Numbered from the stretch's first letter, positions 35,568-44,238 are shown. The stretch is DNA of 64,000 nt from Candidatus Brockarchaeota archaeon (GCA_017601345.1 JAFNIT010000003.1:4994-68993), one strand, 5' to 3'. Notes: generated by a model from the letters alone, not told the origin. Numbers and translations are program-made.

Positions 35568-36263
35568 TCATCTAGCAGGATAGATTATTCGAGTACCTAT
35601 TTTCTCCCCCGAGACCGCTCTCAGAATGTTTAAAGGATCAGAGCCGTTTACGATCACGAGCGGTATCCTCGACCTTTCAAGTATCGATAGAGAGACCTGG
35701 TCTAGAAGCCTGTATTCTCCGGGCGTCGACTCCTCCATGCTCAGCATTTCTCTAAGCCTCCCTATGCTTACCTCCCTAAGCAGTTTTGCATCCGGATTTT
35801 TCGAAGGGTCGGCGTCGTAGACACCGTCGACATCCGTGGTCTTTATCATAAGGTCGGCTTTTATCCTCTCGGCCACGAGCGCAGCCACAGCATCAGTAGA
35901 CTGTGCTGGAGAGAAGCCTCCTGCTACGAGTATTTTGTTTCCAGCAGCATCTAATTGTTTCTCAAGCTCTTCGAAACTCCCTATGATATTCCTGCTCGAA
36001 TACTCGCCAAGGGCTATGGAAAGCAGGAGGGCGTTCAACCTAGTAACCATTATACCGACCTCGTCGCATGTAGCGAAGTCTGCACCGAGACTCTTAGCCG
36101 CCTTTATGTAAGTCCTGCTGGGCTTGCCACCGCCGACTATAACTATGACCCTGTGCCCCGCATTATGCAGTTTAAGTATCGCATCCGCTGTCCTACGCGT
36201 TCTCTCTAAGTCTATCGAATCATCCTTGAAGAGGGCGTGGCCTATTTTAAGAACGACCCTCAT
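35568..36263 (-). CDS. pyrH: uridylate (UMP) kinase, archaeal type
   Basis: MRVVLKIGHALF...VIVIVGGGKPSRTY...LVAGGFSPAQSTDAVAAL. The start at 36263 gives about 231 aa. The track's start at 36518 adds a low-complexity extension overlapping aRF1. Confidence 0.9.
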   Translation of the reverse strand: MRVVLKIGHALFKDDSIDLERTRRTADAILKLHNAGHRVIVIVGGGKPSRTYIKAAKSLGADFATCDEVGIMVTRLNALLLSIALGEYSSRNIIGSFEELEKQLDAAGNKILVAGGFSPAQSTDAVAALVAERIKADLMIKTTDVDGVYDADPSKNPDAKLLREVSIGRLREMLSMEESTPGEYRLLDQVSLSILERSRIPLVIVNGSDPLNILRAVSGEKIGTRIIYPAR

Positions 36264-36336
36264 TTCCTCCCCTATTACTCCCTCGAGGTGAAATATTAAT
36301 ATATGGGGTGCTAAGGCTGTTTCGAGACCCGGGGTT

Positions 36337-37587
36337 TTGAGCGAGAAACCGTTAACATCTTCGGTGAGGGAGTACCTTTCTAGGAGAATTATTAGAGAGC
36401 TCTCTGAGAAAAGAGGAAGGGGGACGGAGCTCATCAGTCTGTACATCCCTCCTGGAAGAAGGATAAGCGAGGTAATGGCTAACCTGAGAGAAGAATATGG
36501 CAAAGCCTCTAACATCAAATCTAGGACAACTAGGAAGAACGTTCAGGACGCGATAGTCAAGGTTCAGCAGAGGCTTAAACTTTACGACGAGGCCCCTGAG
36601 AACGGGCTAGTAATATTCTGCGGAGCAATACCCGGGGAGACCCCGGGCTCTGAGAATATTGAGATACACGTGATAGAGCCTCCTGAAAAGATCACCCTCT
36701 CCTACTATGGTTGCGACGACAAGTTTTACGTAGAGCCTCTTAAGGAAATGCTGGAGAAGAAAGATAAGTACCTGATCCTATCTATAGATAATTCTGAGGC
36801 TACGATAGCAGTAGCATCTGGCAGGAACATAGATATTAGGGAAGAGCTGACGTCTGGAGTCCCAGGTAAGACAAGCAAGGGGGGACAGTCTGCTAGAAGG
36901 TTTGAAAGGTTGAGAGAGATGGAGCTTAACGATTTCTACAGACGTGTAGCTGAGGATCTTAACGAGGTTTATCTTCAAAACCCCGATATTAAAGGGCTTA
37001 TCGTAGGCGGCCCTGGACCGACTAAAGAGATATTTCTCGACAAAGACTTTATCCATTACGAGCTCCGTAAGAAAATACTAGTCGTTGTAGACACATCTTA
37101 CACTGGCTACCAGGGTATAAAGGAGATCCTGGAAAAAGCCTCGGAGAAGCTTCAAGAACTCGAGATAATTAAGGAGCGAAGCCTCGTAAACAGTTTCCTG
37201 AAGCTTCTAAGCACGGAGCCGGATAAGGTGGTTTATGGTCTTAAGGAAGTTGAAAACGCAATCTTAAGCGGAAGAGCTAGGCTCATACTGTTCTCCGAAG
37301 CCCTCGATGTTTTCATAGTTAAAATCAAATGTGATAATTGCGGCTACGAGACTGCGGAGCAGCATACATTCCAAGAAACGGAAATTCTCCCAGCGAAACT
37401 GTCTTCAACACCATGTCCCCAATGCGGTTCAACAAGCCTACGCATAGTTGAGAAAGAAAGCTTACTCGACAAGTATATTGAAATGGCCTCGAATAAAAGC
37501 GTGCAACTAGAGCTAATATCGACAGCAACAGAAGAAGGGATGATGCTCTACAAGGGCTTTGGTGGGGTAATTGGAATGCTAAAGTAG
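36337..37587 (+). CDS. prf1: peptide chain release factor aRF1 (eRF1 homolog)
   Basis: 416 aa. TELISLYIPPG, NIKSRTTRKNV (NIKS motif), GGQSARRFERL (GGQ motif). The C-domain carries a CDNCG...CPQCG zinc-ribbon insertion. Confidence 0.9.
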   Translation: MSEKPLTSSVREYLSRRIIRELSEKRGRGTELISLYIPPGRRISEVMANLREEYGKASNIKSRTTRKNVQDAIVKVQQRLKLYDEAPENGLVIFCGAIPGETPGSENIEIHVIEPPEKITLSYYGCDDKFYVEPLKEMLEKKDKYLILSIDNSEATIAVASGRNIDIREELTSGVPGKTSKGGQSARRFERLREMELNDFYRRVAEDLNEVYLQNPDIKGLIVGGPGPTKEIFLDKDFIHYELRKKILVVVDTSYTGYQGIKEILEKASEKLQELEIIKERSLVNSFLKLLSTEPDKVVYGLKEVENAILSGRARLILFSEALDVFIVKIKCDNCGYETAEQHTFQETEILPAKLSSTPCPQCGSTSLRIVEKESLLDKYIEMASNKSVQLELISTATEEGMMLYKGFGGVIGMLK

Positions 37588-37709
37588 CGTTTTAGAAGTT
37601 TAATCCTTATATACCATAAGCATCTGACTTTTATGCGACCTAATCGATTGCATTTTTAGTGAGAAGAGTTTAAGAACCTGTTCGAACCTGCAATCATTTA
37701 GAAAATAAG

Positions 37710-37988
37710 TTGGCGGAGTACTATTCTGAAGTAAGACTTCTAGGAAAACCTTCACCCCTCGTTATGAAGAAAATCGACGCTGCCTTCAGGGAATTCACTA
37801 CCAGGACGGATTACACTCTCAAATTCATGCTCTATAAGGGTTTTAAATACATACCTGCAATCGGATACTCGTGTTACGAATACAGGAGAGATTACACAGA
37901 CCAAACCCTAGACTGGTGCCTAAGCCTGACGCCGGAATACAGTAGACTGCTTGTCGACACGATAGCTGAGCTAAATGGAGAGAGTTGA
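37710..37988 (+). CDS. hypothetical protein
   Basis: 92-aa ORF with no family recognised. Lies in a poorly conserved-looking stretch. Confidence 0.35.
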   Translation: MAEYYSEVRLLGKPSPLVMKKIDAAFREFTTRTDYTLKFMLYKGFKYIPAIGYSCYEYRRDYTDQTLDWCLSLTPEYSRLLVDTIAELNGES

Positions 37989-38120
37989 AGTAAGAACCTT
38001 CAGGTCAAGGAGACTCCGTTGGAAGAAAGAAGAAAAATTCTTAAGGAAATATAATGTGATCGCGGTAGCCTGGTCTTCAAGAATCTGGATCTAGAAGAGG
38101 TTAACGATGAGGCTGAAGCC

Positions 38121-38378
38121 TTGCTTTCTAAAAAACTATTGTTTAAAGAAGACCCTAAAGACAGGATGATTGTTGAGGATTTCCTAATCAAAGAAGTCCA
38201 GAAAAGGTTTTCAGGAGATTTGAAAAGGGATTTGGATAAGTGGGTAATTAGTTACATAGACGGCAGGTTCGGAATAAACGAGAACGCGAGGAATTGGGGA
38301 GGATTCTTTAAAGCATTCTTTCAATTACATAAGGAACATCCTGAAACCAAGTTCTTAATATATTGTACATACTCCTGA
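38121..38378 (+). CDS. hypothetical protein
   Basis: 85-aa ORF starting at TTG. The frame is open further upstream with no canonical start. No family recognised. Confidence 0.3.
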   Translation: MLSKKLLFKEDPKDRMIVEDFLIKEVQKRFSGDLKRDLDKWVISYIDGRFGINENARNWGGFFKAFFQLHKEHPETKFLIYCTYS

Positions 38379-38611
38379 AAGAGAGATTCTTGCCGCTGTA
38401 GGAGGAGACCGTTCCTTGCAAACGTTACATGTGGTCAAGTGCTTTTAGGAATTCTTTGGGAAAATTATCCTAAAAAGACTAATCGATAAATAGCTCAGCT
38501 TCTTCCCTATTGCACTTGACAACTCTCCTATCATTCTCACCCATTTTTCTCAGTTTAATCTCTGATAAAGAACTAATTATTTTTTAACACTAAGAAGAGA
38601 ACGATCTGAAT

Positions 38612-39506
38612 TCAACTAGAATCCTTTTTTCTTTTCGAGAAATACAGCAATACTGCTATTACAACAATGACCATAATCATTACTTCTGTAGGCGTTGGTG
38701 TTGGAGTTGGAGTAGGTGTTGGCGTCGGTTGAGAAGAAACTTTTAGGTAGAAAGTATGGAGAACATCCGTTATAAGATTCACTGCCAAGTTAAGGGATTC
38801 TCCACATCTATTCCTGAAAGCAGCATTGTTCCAATCATAATTACTATCCATCCATACGCAAGTATAATCACCATCAATATCGAAAGTAGTATCGAATGCA
38901 AGCTTTAAAGTAGCATCATACGCCGATATCGTATCCAAAGTACCGTCGAAGAGAAAGAAAGTATTAAATTCACTAATGTAGCTGCGGGTTTTTTGATTTA
39001 CGTAAGTTTCGTAATCGCTATGGTGCGTCTCCCCCCAGCAAGTTGACGATCCCATTACTGTGCATAAACAGATACATCCGAAATATAGTGCGTCATAGCC
39101 CCGAGTCTTTTAGCAGCATCAGAAACTTTTCCAGAAATATAAAGCAAAAAAGCTAAATCAAACTCTTCCTGAGCACGTTTTGCCGAAGCATCGTCCTGCA
39201 AAGAACCACCCTCACGATAATAAACATGGTGCTTCCGAGTATCACCTATGCCATCCGGTGCTCCACCGTTATCAGGAAGCTCAGTACCATAGAGGTAAAC
39301 AGCAAGATTACTTATGATGAAAGCTTTCTCCTCTTCCGGAAGCCGGTCTAAAGCATGCTGAGCAAGCCAGTCGTGAGTCCCATGCTTAGGATTAGAAGGA
39401 TCATTACTGTAGCCACCATTACTCCATCCACAACTAGTCCCAATGAGATCCGATGCAAATGAGAAAAACAGTATTACGAAACCAAGAATTTTAAGCTTTT
39501 AAGCAC
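38612..39506 (-). pseudogene. exported zinc-dependent phospholipase C / P1-nuclease-like protein with PT-repeat linker and C-terminal TM anchor, broken by two frameshifts
   Basis: N-part (39058-39498, absent from track): ...GWSNGGYSNDPSNPKHGTHDWLAQHALDRL...LGAMTHYISDVSVYAQ*. C-part (38612-39055): MGSSTCWGETHHSDYETYV...PTPTPTPTPTPT-TM. A GTG at 39506 is out of frame by one base in an A-run. Confidence 0.6.
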
Positions 39507-39552
39507 AACTCTAACAAAAAATTTATCTACTTTAGAAATCTTCTACAACCGG

Positions 39553-39642
39553 GCCCTGGTGGTGTAAAGGTTAGCATTGGAGGCTGTCAGCCCCATTTAA
39601 GGCAGAACCCTCCCGATTCGGGTTCGAATCCCGACCAGGGCG
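39553..39642 (+). tRNA. tRNA-Asp (anticodon GTC) with an 18-nt canonical intron
   Basis: GCCCTGG-TG-GTGT-AAAGGTTA-GCAT-T-GGAGG-CTGTCA | GCCCCATTTAAGGCAGAA | C-CCTCC-CGAT-TCGGG-TTCGAAT-CCCGA-CCAGGGC-G. Confidence 0.9.
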
Positions 39643-39648
39643 TTTTTT
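39643..39648 (+). terminator. oligo-T tract directly after tRNA-Asp
   Basis: TTTTTT begins immediately after the discriminator base. Archaeal RNA polymerase commonly terminates on such oligo-T runs. Confidence 0.3.
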
Positions 39649-39711
39649 ATCACATTAATCATAAAATTAAATACATTAATTCTAGAAAACGCTCTCATAT
39701 TTTTATGGCAT

Positions 39712-40923
39712 TTAGAATTTAATTAAAGCTGCTAGGCTGTCCAGAATGTTCTCTAAGTATTTAGCTAGGTTTTCAGGAAGGCCTGTAAGCTCAACGCTTA
39801 GGAATCCTCTCACTATTATTGACTTTGCCTCTTCCTCGCTGAATCCTCTTGCCATCAGGTATATGAGTTCTTCTTCAGCTATCCTACCTATGGCTGCTTC
39901 ATGAGTTAGTTGAACATCCTGCATCCTCGCCTCTAGCTCGGGCACTGCGTCTATTCTGGACTCGTTTGACAGTAAGAGCCCCTTGCATTCCACATGTCCT
40001 TTAACACCTGGAGCATTACCTACAATCCGGGCTCTGGCAACGGTTACGCTATTGTCTAATCCTATCGTCCTCGACAGTATTTCGCCTGAGCTTGATGGAG
40101 CACTGAGCTCCAATACGCTGCCTATGTCGATTTGAGACGACTCCCTGCCCATTATGATGGATAACAGGTGGGCTCTGCTCTCCTTCCCCTTCAGATTAGC
40201 CACCGGGTACGTTTGGAGAGAGGATACTGGCGAAGTGTTTATGTAGTGGCTTATGAAAACGCCGCCTTCCTCGATGTGGGCGACTGTCCTAGGTCTGACG
40301 TGAATAGCCTTGCCCCAGCTGTGGATCATTGTGAACGTCAGAGTGCCTCCTTTCTTCACGTAGAATTCAGATATTCCGATGTGGAGACCAGCCTCTTCCC
40401 TCATGGCGGCACACCCCGTTATAACGTGCAACTTAGAGTTCTCACCGACTATCACTATGTTATGCGGAGCCTGAATCAAGCCCGGCGTCCGTAGGAGGAG
40501 GCAGGCTTGCACGGGTGTATCAACGTTAACTCCCTCATCCACCTTTATGAAATATCCTTCTTTTTCCCCTAGGAATGCTGCAGCAGTATACTTATCAGTG
40601 TCGACTGGAATTGCCTTCCAGTAGTAATATAGGTTTTCAGAGTCTTCAAGAGCCTCGCTCAACGGCTTAACCGTTAAACCGCTCCGCTTGGCTGAAGAAT
40701 ATACTACCCTGTTATCAACCTGATAGTAGCTTCCAGACCTGTTTCTTTCCATTAAGTCTATTCCTACGGATTCTAAAATCCTCTCAGAGCCTTCGATCCC
40801 TGCCCCAAAACCTGTTTCAAGCTTAAAAACTGAAAGATCCAGGTCTAATCCGTAAGGAGCCGGTTTCTTCAACGCGTCCTCGGCTCTTGGCTTAAGGATC
40901 TTCCTAGTCTCCTCCAGGTTCAA
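39712..40923 (-). CDS. Fe-S cluster assembly scaffold protein, SufB/SufD family
   Basis: 403 aa. The beta-helix core region (…HIGISEFYVKKGGTLTFTMIHSW…GHVECKGLLLSNESRIDAVPELEA…QLTHEAAIGRIAEEELIYLMARGFSEEEA) is the SufB/D pattern. The gene overlaps sufC by 4 nt. Confidence 0.8.
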   Translation of the reverse strand: MNLEETRKILKPRAEDALKKPAPYGLDLDLSVFKLETGFGAGIEGSERILESVGIDLMERNRSGSYYQVDNRVVYSSAKRSGLTVKPLSEALEDSENLYYYWKAIPVDTDKYTAAAFLGEKEGYFIKVDEGVNVDTPVQACLLLRTPGLIQAPHNIVIVGENSKLHVITGCAAMREEAGLHIGISEFYVKKGGTLTFTMIHSWGKAIHVRPRTVAHIEEGGVFISHYINTSPVSSLQTYPVANLKGKESRAHLLSIIMGRESSQIDIGSVLELSAPSSSGEILSRTIGLDNSVTVARARIVGNAPGVKGHVECKGLLLSNESRIDAVPELEARMQDVQLTHEAAIGRIAEEELIYLMARGFSEEEAKSIIVRGFLSVELTGLPENLAKYLENILDSLAALIKF

Positions 40924-41660
40924 CGCCTAGCCCTCCTACAGTTCGCGCATGCTTCGAACCCGTGCTCCATAATGTTTGAAACCATTTCCTCAGGGTCTCC
41001 GCTGCAAACTATTCGTCCGTCAAGTAGAACATGCGCTTCTGAAGCCTTAACGTGTTTAGCAATATAGCCCGTGTGCGTTATCAGTATTGAAGCCTTTCCG
41101 TTTGAAGACAGGTAGCGGGATATTGCTGAACCTATGATTGCAAGATTCTCCACGTCGACGCCGGAGTCAGGCTCGTCAAGAAGCAGGAGGCGAGGGTTTT
41201 GAATGAGAGTTAGCATAAGCTCAGCCCTCTTAGCCTCTCCGCCGCTGAAGCCCACGTTAAAATCCCTTTCTAGAAGGCCCTCCATTCTCAGGAGCCTCGA
41301 ATACTCTTCAAGAATCCTCTCAGCCTCATCTCTCGGAAGGCCTCTTTTCTCGAGTATTCTTAAGGCTAGGCTTCTGAGCCTAACTCCCTTCAGCCTCGGC
41401 GGGAACTGGAAGCCCAGGCCTAGGCCGAGCCTAACCCTCTCCTCCATCGTTAAGCCTGTTATCTCCATCCCGTCGAAAAATAGGGATCCTGAAACAATTC
41501 TGTACCTTTTATCACCCACTATAGCATGGAGCAATGTGGATTTCCCTGAGCCGTTAGGCCCCATAAGGAGAACCAGTTTCCCCCGGTTAACTTGGAGGTC
41601 TACTCCCTTAATCACAGTTTTGCTTCCAAGCTCCACGAGGAGGCCTTTCAAATAAAGCAT
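40920..41660 (-). CDS. sufC: Fe-S cluster assembly ATPase SufC
   Basis: 246 aa. ABC ATPase with Walker A GPNGSGKST, signature FSGGEAKR, Walker B LLLLDEPDSGVD and H-loop ITHTG. Confidence 0.9.
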   Translation of the reverse strand: MLYLKGLLVELGSKTVIKGVDLQVNRGKLVLLMGPNGSGKSTLLHAIVGDKRYRIVSGSLFFDGMEITGLTMEERVRLGLGLGFQFPPRLKGVRLRSLALRILEKRGLPRDEAERILEEYSRLLRMEGLLERDFNVGFSGGEAKRAELMLTLIQNPRLLLLDEPDSGVDVENLAIIGSAISRYLSSNGKASILITHTGYIAKHVKASEAHVLLDGRIVCSGDPEEMVSNIMEHGFEACANCRRARR

Positions 41661-41947
41661 TTATATTACCCGCTTATTTTCCGCCCGAAGGCTTTTAAAA
41701 GTTTAGCCTCAGATTAACTCTGACAAGTCACCTTTTTTCCTACAAATACCTTATCCTCATAGGCTGTGGAGACGGGGAAGGACCTTAAAGAAAAACTTTA
41801 TCTTTAAACGATTAATACTAAAAACGATTGATTAAGACGGTGAATACTGGGAGTGCCCTAGGAGAAAAGCCTGACGAGAGCGTTTTCCCGTTACTGTATG
41901 TTATGTTTTTGCCAGCAATGTAAACTGGGAACGAGGTGGGTTAAACA

Positions 41948-42517
41948 ATGAGTTTTGCAAAAGGTAAAAGAGTTTTCGAAGAATACGGCTATGTTTTAGA
42001 TTTTGTTGAAGAGGGGAGAGTTTTAGGCAGGGTCGGCAGGCCCGTCCATTCCCCCTATGCGCAACTGGTGGGAGACATATACTTTACACTATTGGAGGTT
42101 TCCCTGTTCCCCCATGTGAAACTTGCCTTAAAGGATAAAGTATTCATAGGCAAGGGAGATAGGCCTCAGGTTAAGAGCGTACTTGGGAGAATAAGGTACT
42201 CTGAGCTGACTCCCCAGGCAAGGTTCATACTGCCCGAGGTCGTGGAGTTGATAATAGTGAACAATGAGCAGAGGTTCGTGGATCTTCTTAATAACCTCCA
42301 ATCCGTGTCTCCGAAGATGCACGCGATAGAGCTTCTGCCGAACATTGGAAAGATGAATGCGAGGAAAATACTTGAAGAAAGGACCATGAAGCCGTTCTCA
42401 TCCTTCGAAGACTTTTCGAAGAGGACGAGCATACAGGGGATAGTTAAGCTTATGGCTCAGAGAGTCGTTGAAGAGCTTTCTACAGAGGTTAAATACCGTA
42501 TCTTTACGCGAGACTAG
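41948..42517 (+). CDS. DUF655-family protein (OB plus helix-hairpin-helix nucleic-acid-binding protein)
   Basis: 189 aa. EEYGYVLDFVEEG...PYAQLVGDIYFTLLEV...RYSELTPQARFILPEVVE...LQSVSPKMHAIELLPNIGKMNARKILEER. Confidence 0.7.
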   Translation: MSFAKGKRVFEEYGYVLDFVEEGRVLGRVGRPVHSPYAQLVGDIYFTLLEVSLFPHVKLALKDKVFIGKGDRPQVKSVLGRIRYSELTPQARFILPEVVELIIVNNEQRFVDLLNNLQSVSPKMHAIELLPNIGKMNARKILEERTMKPFSSFEDFSKRTSIQGIVKLMAQRVVEELSTEVKYRIFTRD

Positions 42518-43080
42518 TTTATACTGATTTTAAACACCATTATCTTTTCAAAGAAGAATCCTCTTTGTGAAACTTCTTCCATCTTATAACCTCTTTCTTC
42601 AATAAATTGTTTTAGGCCTTTCAAATCAGAGAGGCTTGATTGCACTAGGAACATCACACCGTCTTCAGATAGAAGTGGAAGCGCATTTTCTAAAAGTCTT
42701 TTTGAGAAGAAACCGTTTCTTCCAGCAGCCCATGAAATATCCTCATCCGCAGACTGCTCAACCGGCAAGTATGGAGGATTGCTCACTATTAGGCTGAATT
42801 TTAGGCCTTTTCTGAATGCTGTTGTCATATCCCCATTCACGATGTAAACGATGCCCTTTAGATCATTCCCCTTTAGGTTCTCGAGGGTGTTTAAGCATGC
42901 ATGCTTACTCACGTCTACAGCAAAAACCTCGGTGCAATTGCGGCTGAGGAATAGGGAGATTAGGCCGCATCCGCAACCGATTTCCAATGCTTTCTCAGCC
43001 TTAATGTTTTTAACAATATCGAGTAACATGTAGGAGTCTTCTGAAGGAGGATACACGTAATCGTCTACGCGGATTCTCAA
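42514..43080 (-). CDS. HemK/Mtq2-like N5-glutamine methyltransferase
   Basis: 188 aa. SAM motif ALEIGCGCGLISL and catalytic VSNPPYLP (NPPY). Confidence 0.75.
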   Translation of the reverse strand: MRIRVDDYVYPPSEDSYMLLDIVKNIKAEKALEIGCGCGLISLFLSRNCTEVFAVDVSKHACLNTLENLKGNDLKGIVYIVNGDMTTAFRKGLKFSLIVSNPPYLPVEQSADEDISWAAGRNGFFSKRLLENALPLLSEDGVMFLVQSSLSDLKGLKQFIEERGYKMEEVSQRGFFFEKIMVFKISIN

Positions 43081-43091
43081 ATCCTCTATTT

Positions 43092-44210
43092 CTATCTCGT
43101 ACGTAGCTCCACCACATCCTTATCCAAGAGCTTGAAGGAAGGGCTTACCTTGAGTGGTGTTGATTTAAATCCGCCTCTCCAAAGCCTAGCGTATTTCAAG
43201 CTTTGAGACAGATCCAGGTGGATTTTTGAAGCAAGCTCCCCCACAGTAATCTCTTTGTTCACTAACATGGGTTTTTCTGAAGGCGTTTTTGCAGAAGGTG
43301 GTTTCAAGTATATTCTCATAATTTCCGAAACCTCGAAAATCTTTTTCAAAAAGTCTCCTCTAAGGAAAACTTCTGTTTTAACAATATGTTCTGGAGGGGC
43401 TTTAAGTTCACCCGCTAGTTTATCCTCGTCGAAATCCCCCTCCAGAAGCATTAGAAAGTTCCTTCTCTGTAATCCTCTAATCGAGCTTTCAAGCGTGTAT
43501 AATGATGTGTATTCGGAAAGATTAACTATACCGCTTTCATAACCTTGTTCTGCAAGGAATTTCCTGATCTCATCTTCTTCCAAAAACCTGGACTTATTGA
43601 CTACTGTTATTCCTCCTGCATTTAAAGGCTTAAAAACTGCTACAGAGTTCCTGGAAGCAATGTATATGCCGAATCTTGACAACATTTCCCTGACCTGTTG
43701 ATACTCCTTATATGGTTCTGATTTTCCCAAAAGGACGAGTATCAGGTCTGATTTTAAAAGGACGGTCTGAATGAGCGAGTACCTACGGTTTTGGTTTTCT
43801 ATTAGAGATGTAGAGATTGGCATTAGGCTGATGTTAACATCTTCGAAGGAAACGCTTAGAGGTTTAAGCTCGTTTAAAGATTCGAGTATGGACTCTTCTT
43901 CGAAAAGCCTCGTACGGAATAGGAAATCACATAACAGGCTTTTGTCCCTAGTCAGTATTATTGTCAATATGGTGTTGTCTCCCTTGTCGAAAGTTACTTG
44001 TCTCGAGCTACGTCTTTTCTTTTCGAGGATTATTTCGTCCTGTAACCTTGCTATCTGTCTCTTAACCTGTGCCCTAAGCTTCTCAGTCCCCTTATGCTCA
44101 GGTATCATGGATAGGAATATCTTAAGGTTTTCAAGCTTCTCCTCCTTGCTCTTGGAGGCAACAACCTTCTTGTACTGCGCTTCAGCCTGCGGAGGCAGAT
44201 TGGTAACCAT
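43092..44210 (-). CDS. DRG/Obg-like protein with C-terminal TGS domain but a degenerate G domain
   Basis: 372 aa. N-terminus LPPQAEAQYKKVV...FLSMIPEHKGTEKLRAQVKRQIARLQ is DRG-like as I recall it. ILTIILTRDKSLL sits where the GxPNxGKS P-loop is expected. The C-terminus is TGS-like. Confidence 0.6.
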   Translation of the reverse strand: MVTNLPPQAEAQYKKVVASKSKEEKLENLKIFLSMIPEHKGTEKLRAQVKRQIARLQDEIILEKKRRSSRQVTFDKGDNTILTIILTRDKSLLCDFLFRTRLFEEESILESLNELKPLSVSFEDVNISLMPISTSLIENQNRRYSLIQTVLLKSDLILVLLGKSEPYKEYQQVREMLSRFGIYIASRNSVAVFKPLNAGGITVVNKSRFLEEDEIRKFLAEQGYESGIVNLSEYTSLYTLESSIRGLQRRNFLMLLEGDFDEDKLAGELKAPPEHIVKTEVFLRGDFLKKIFEVSEIMRIYLKPPSAKTPSEKPMLVNKEITVGELASKIHLDLSQSLKYARLWRGGFKSTPLKVSPSFKLLDKDVVELRTR

Positions 44211-44238
44211 CTATTCCAGAATAGTAAGGTATTACGTC

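Noticed and set aside
35568-36518. The full 316-aa version of the pyrH ORF, whose N-terminal 85 aa overlap aRF1
   Set aside because: The UMP-kinase homology begins at MRVVLKIG (start 36263). The upstream 85 aa are low in complexity and antisense to the aRF1 start region.
37320-37450. CxxC...CxxC zinc-ribbon insertion in the C-terminal domain of aRF1
   Set aside because: I believe mini-domain or zinc-ribbon insertions at this position occur in other archaeal aRF1 and eRF1 proteins. Without an alignment I cannot claim it is unusual.
38683-38720. Short tandem GGTGTTGG/GGAGTTGG-like DNA repeat
   Set aside because: It encodes the (PT)6 linker of the phospholipase-C-like protein. It is a coding microsatellite-like stretch and neither a CRISPR array nor a regulatory repeat.
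39311-39370. Possible C/D-box sRNA on the plus strand (ATGATGA ... CTGA about 37 nt apart)
   Set aside because: There are no credible internal D'/C' boxes and no terminal stem. It also lies inside the antisense strand of a protein-coding (pseudo)gene. The match is probably chance.
41203-41655. 150-aa plus-strand ORF
   Set aside because: It is antisense to sufC, which has unmistakable ABC-ATPase motifs. The product is S/P/L/R-rich and low in complexity.
41820-41885. Possible C/D-box-like element in the sufC/DUF655 intergenic region (TTGATTA ... GGTGAATA ... CTGACGAG)
   Set aside because: The C box is degenerate (UGAUUA), the spacing is off and I found no guide complementarity.
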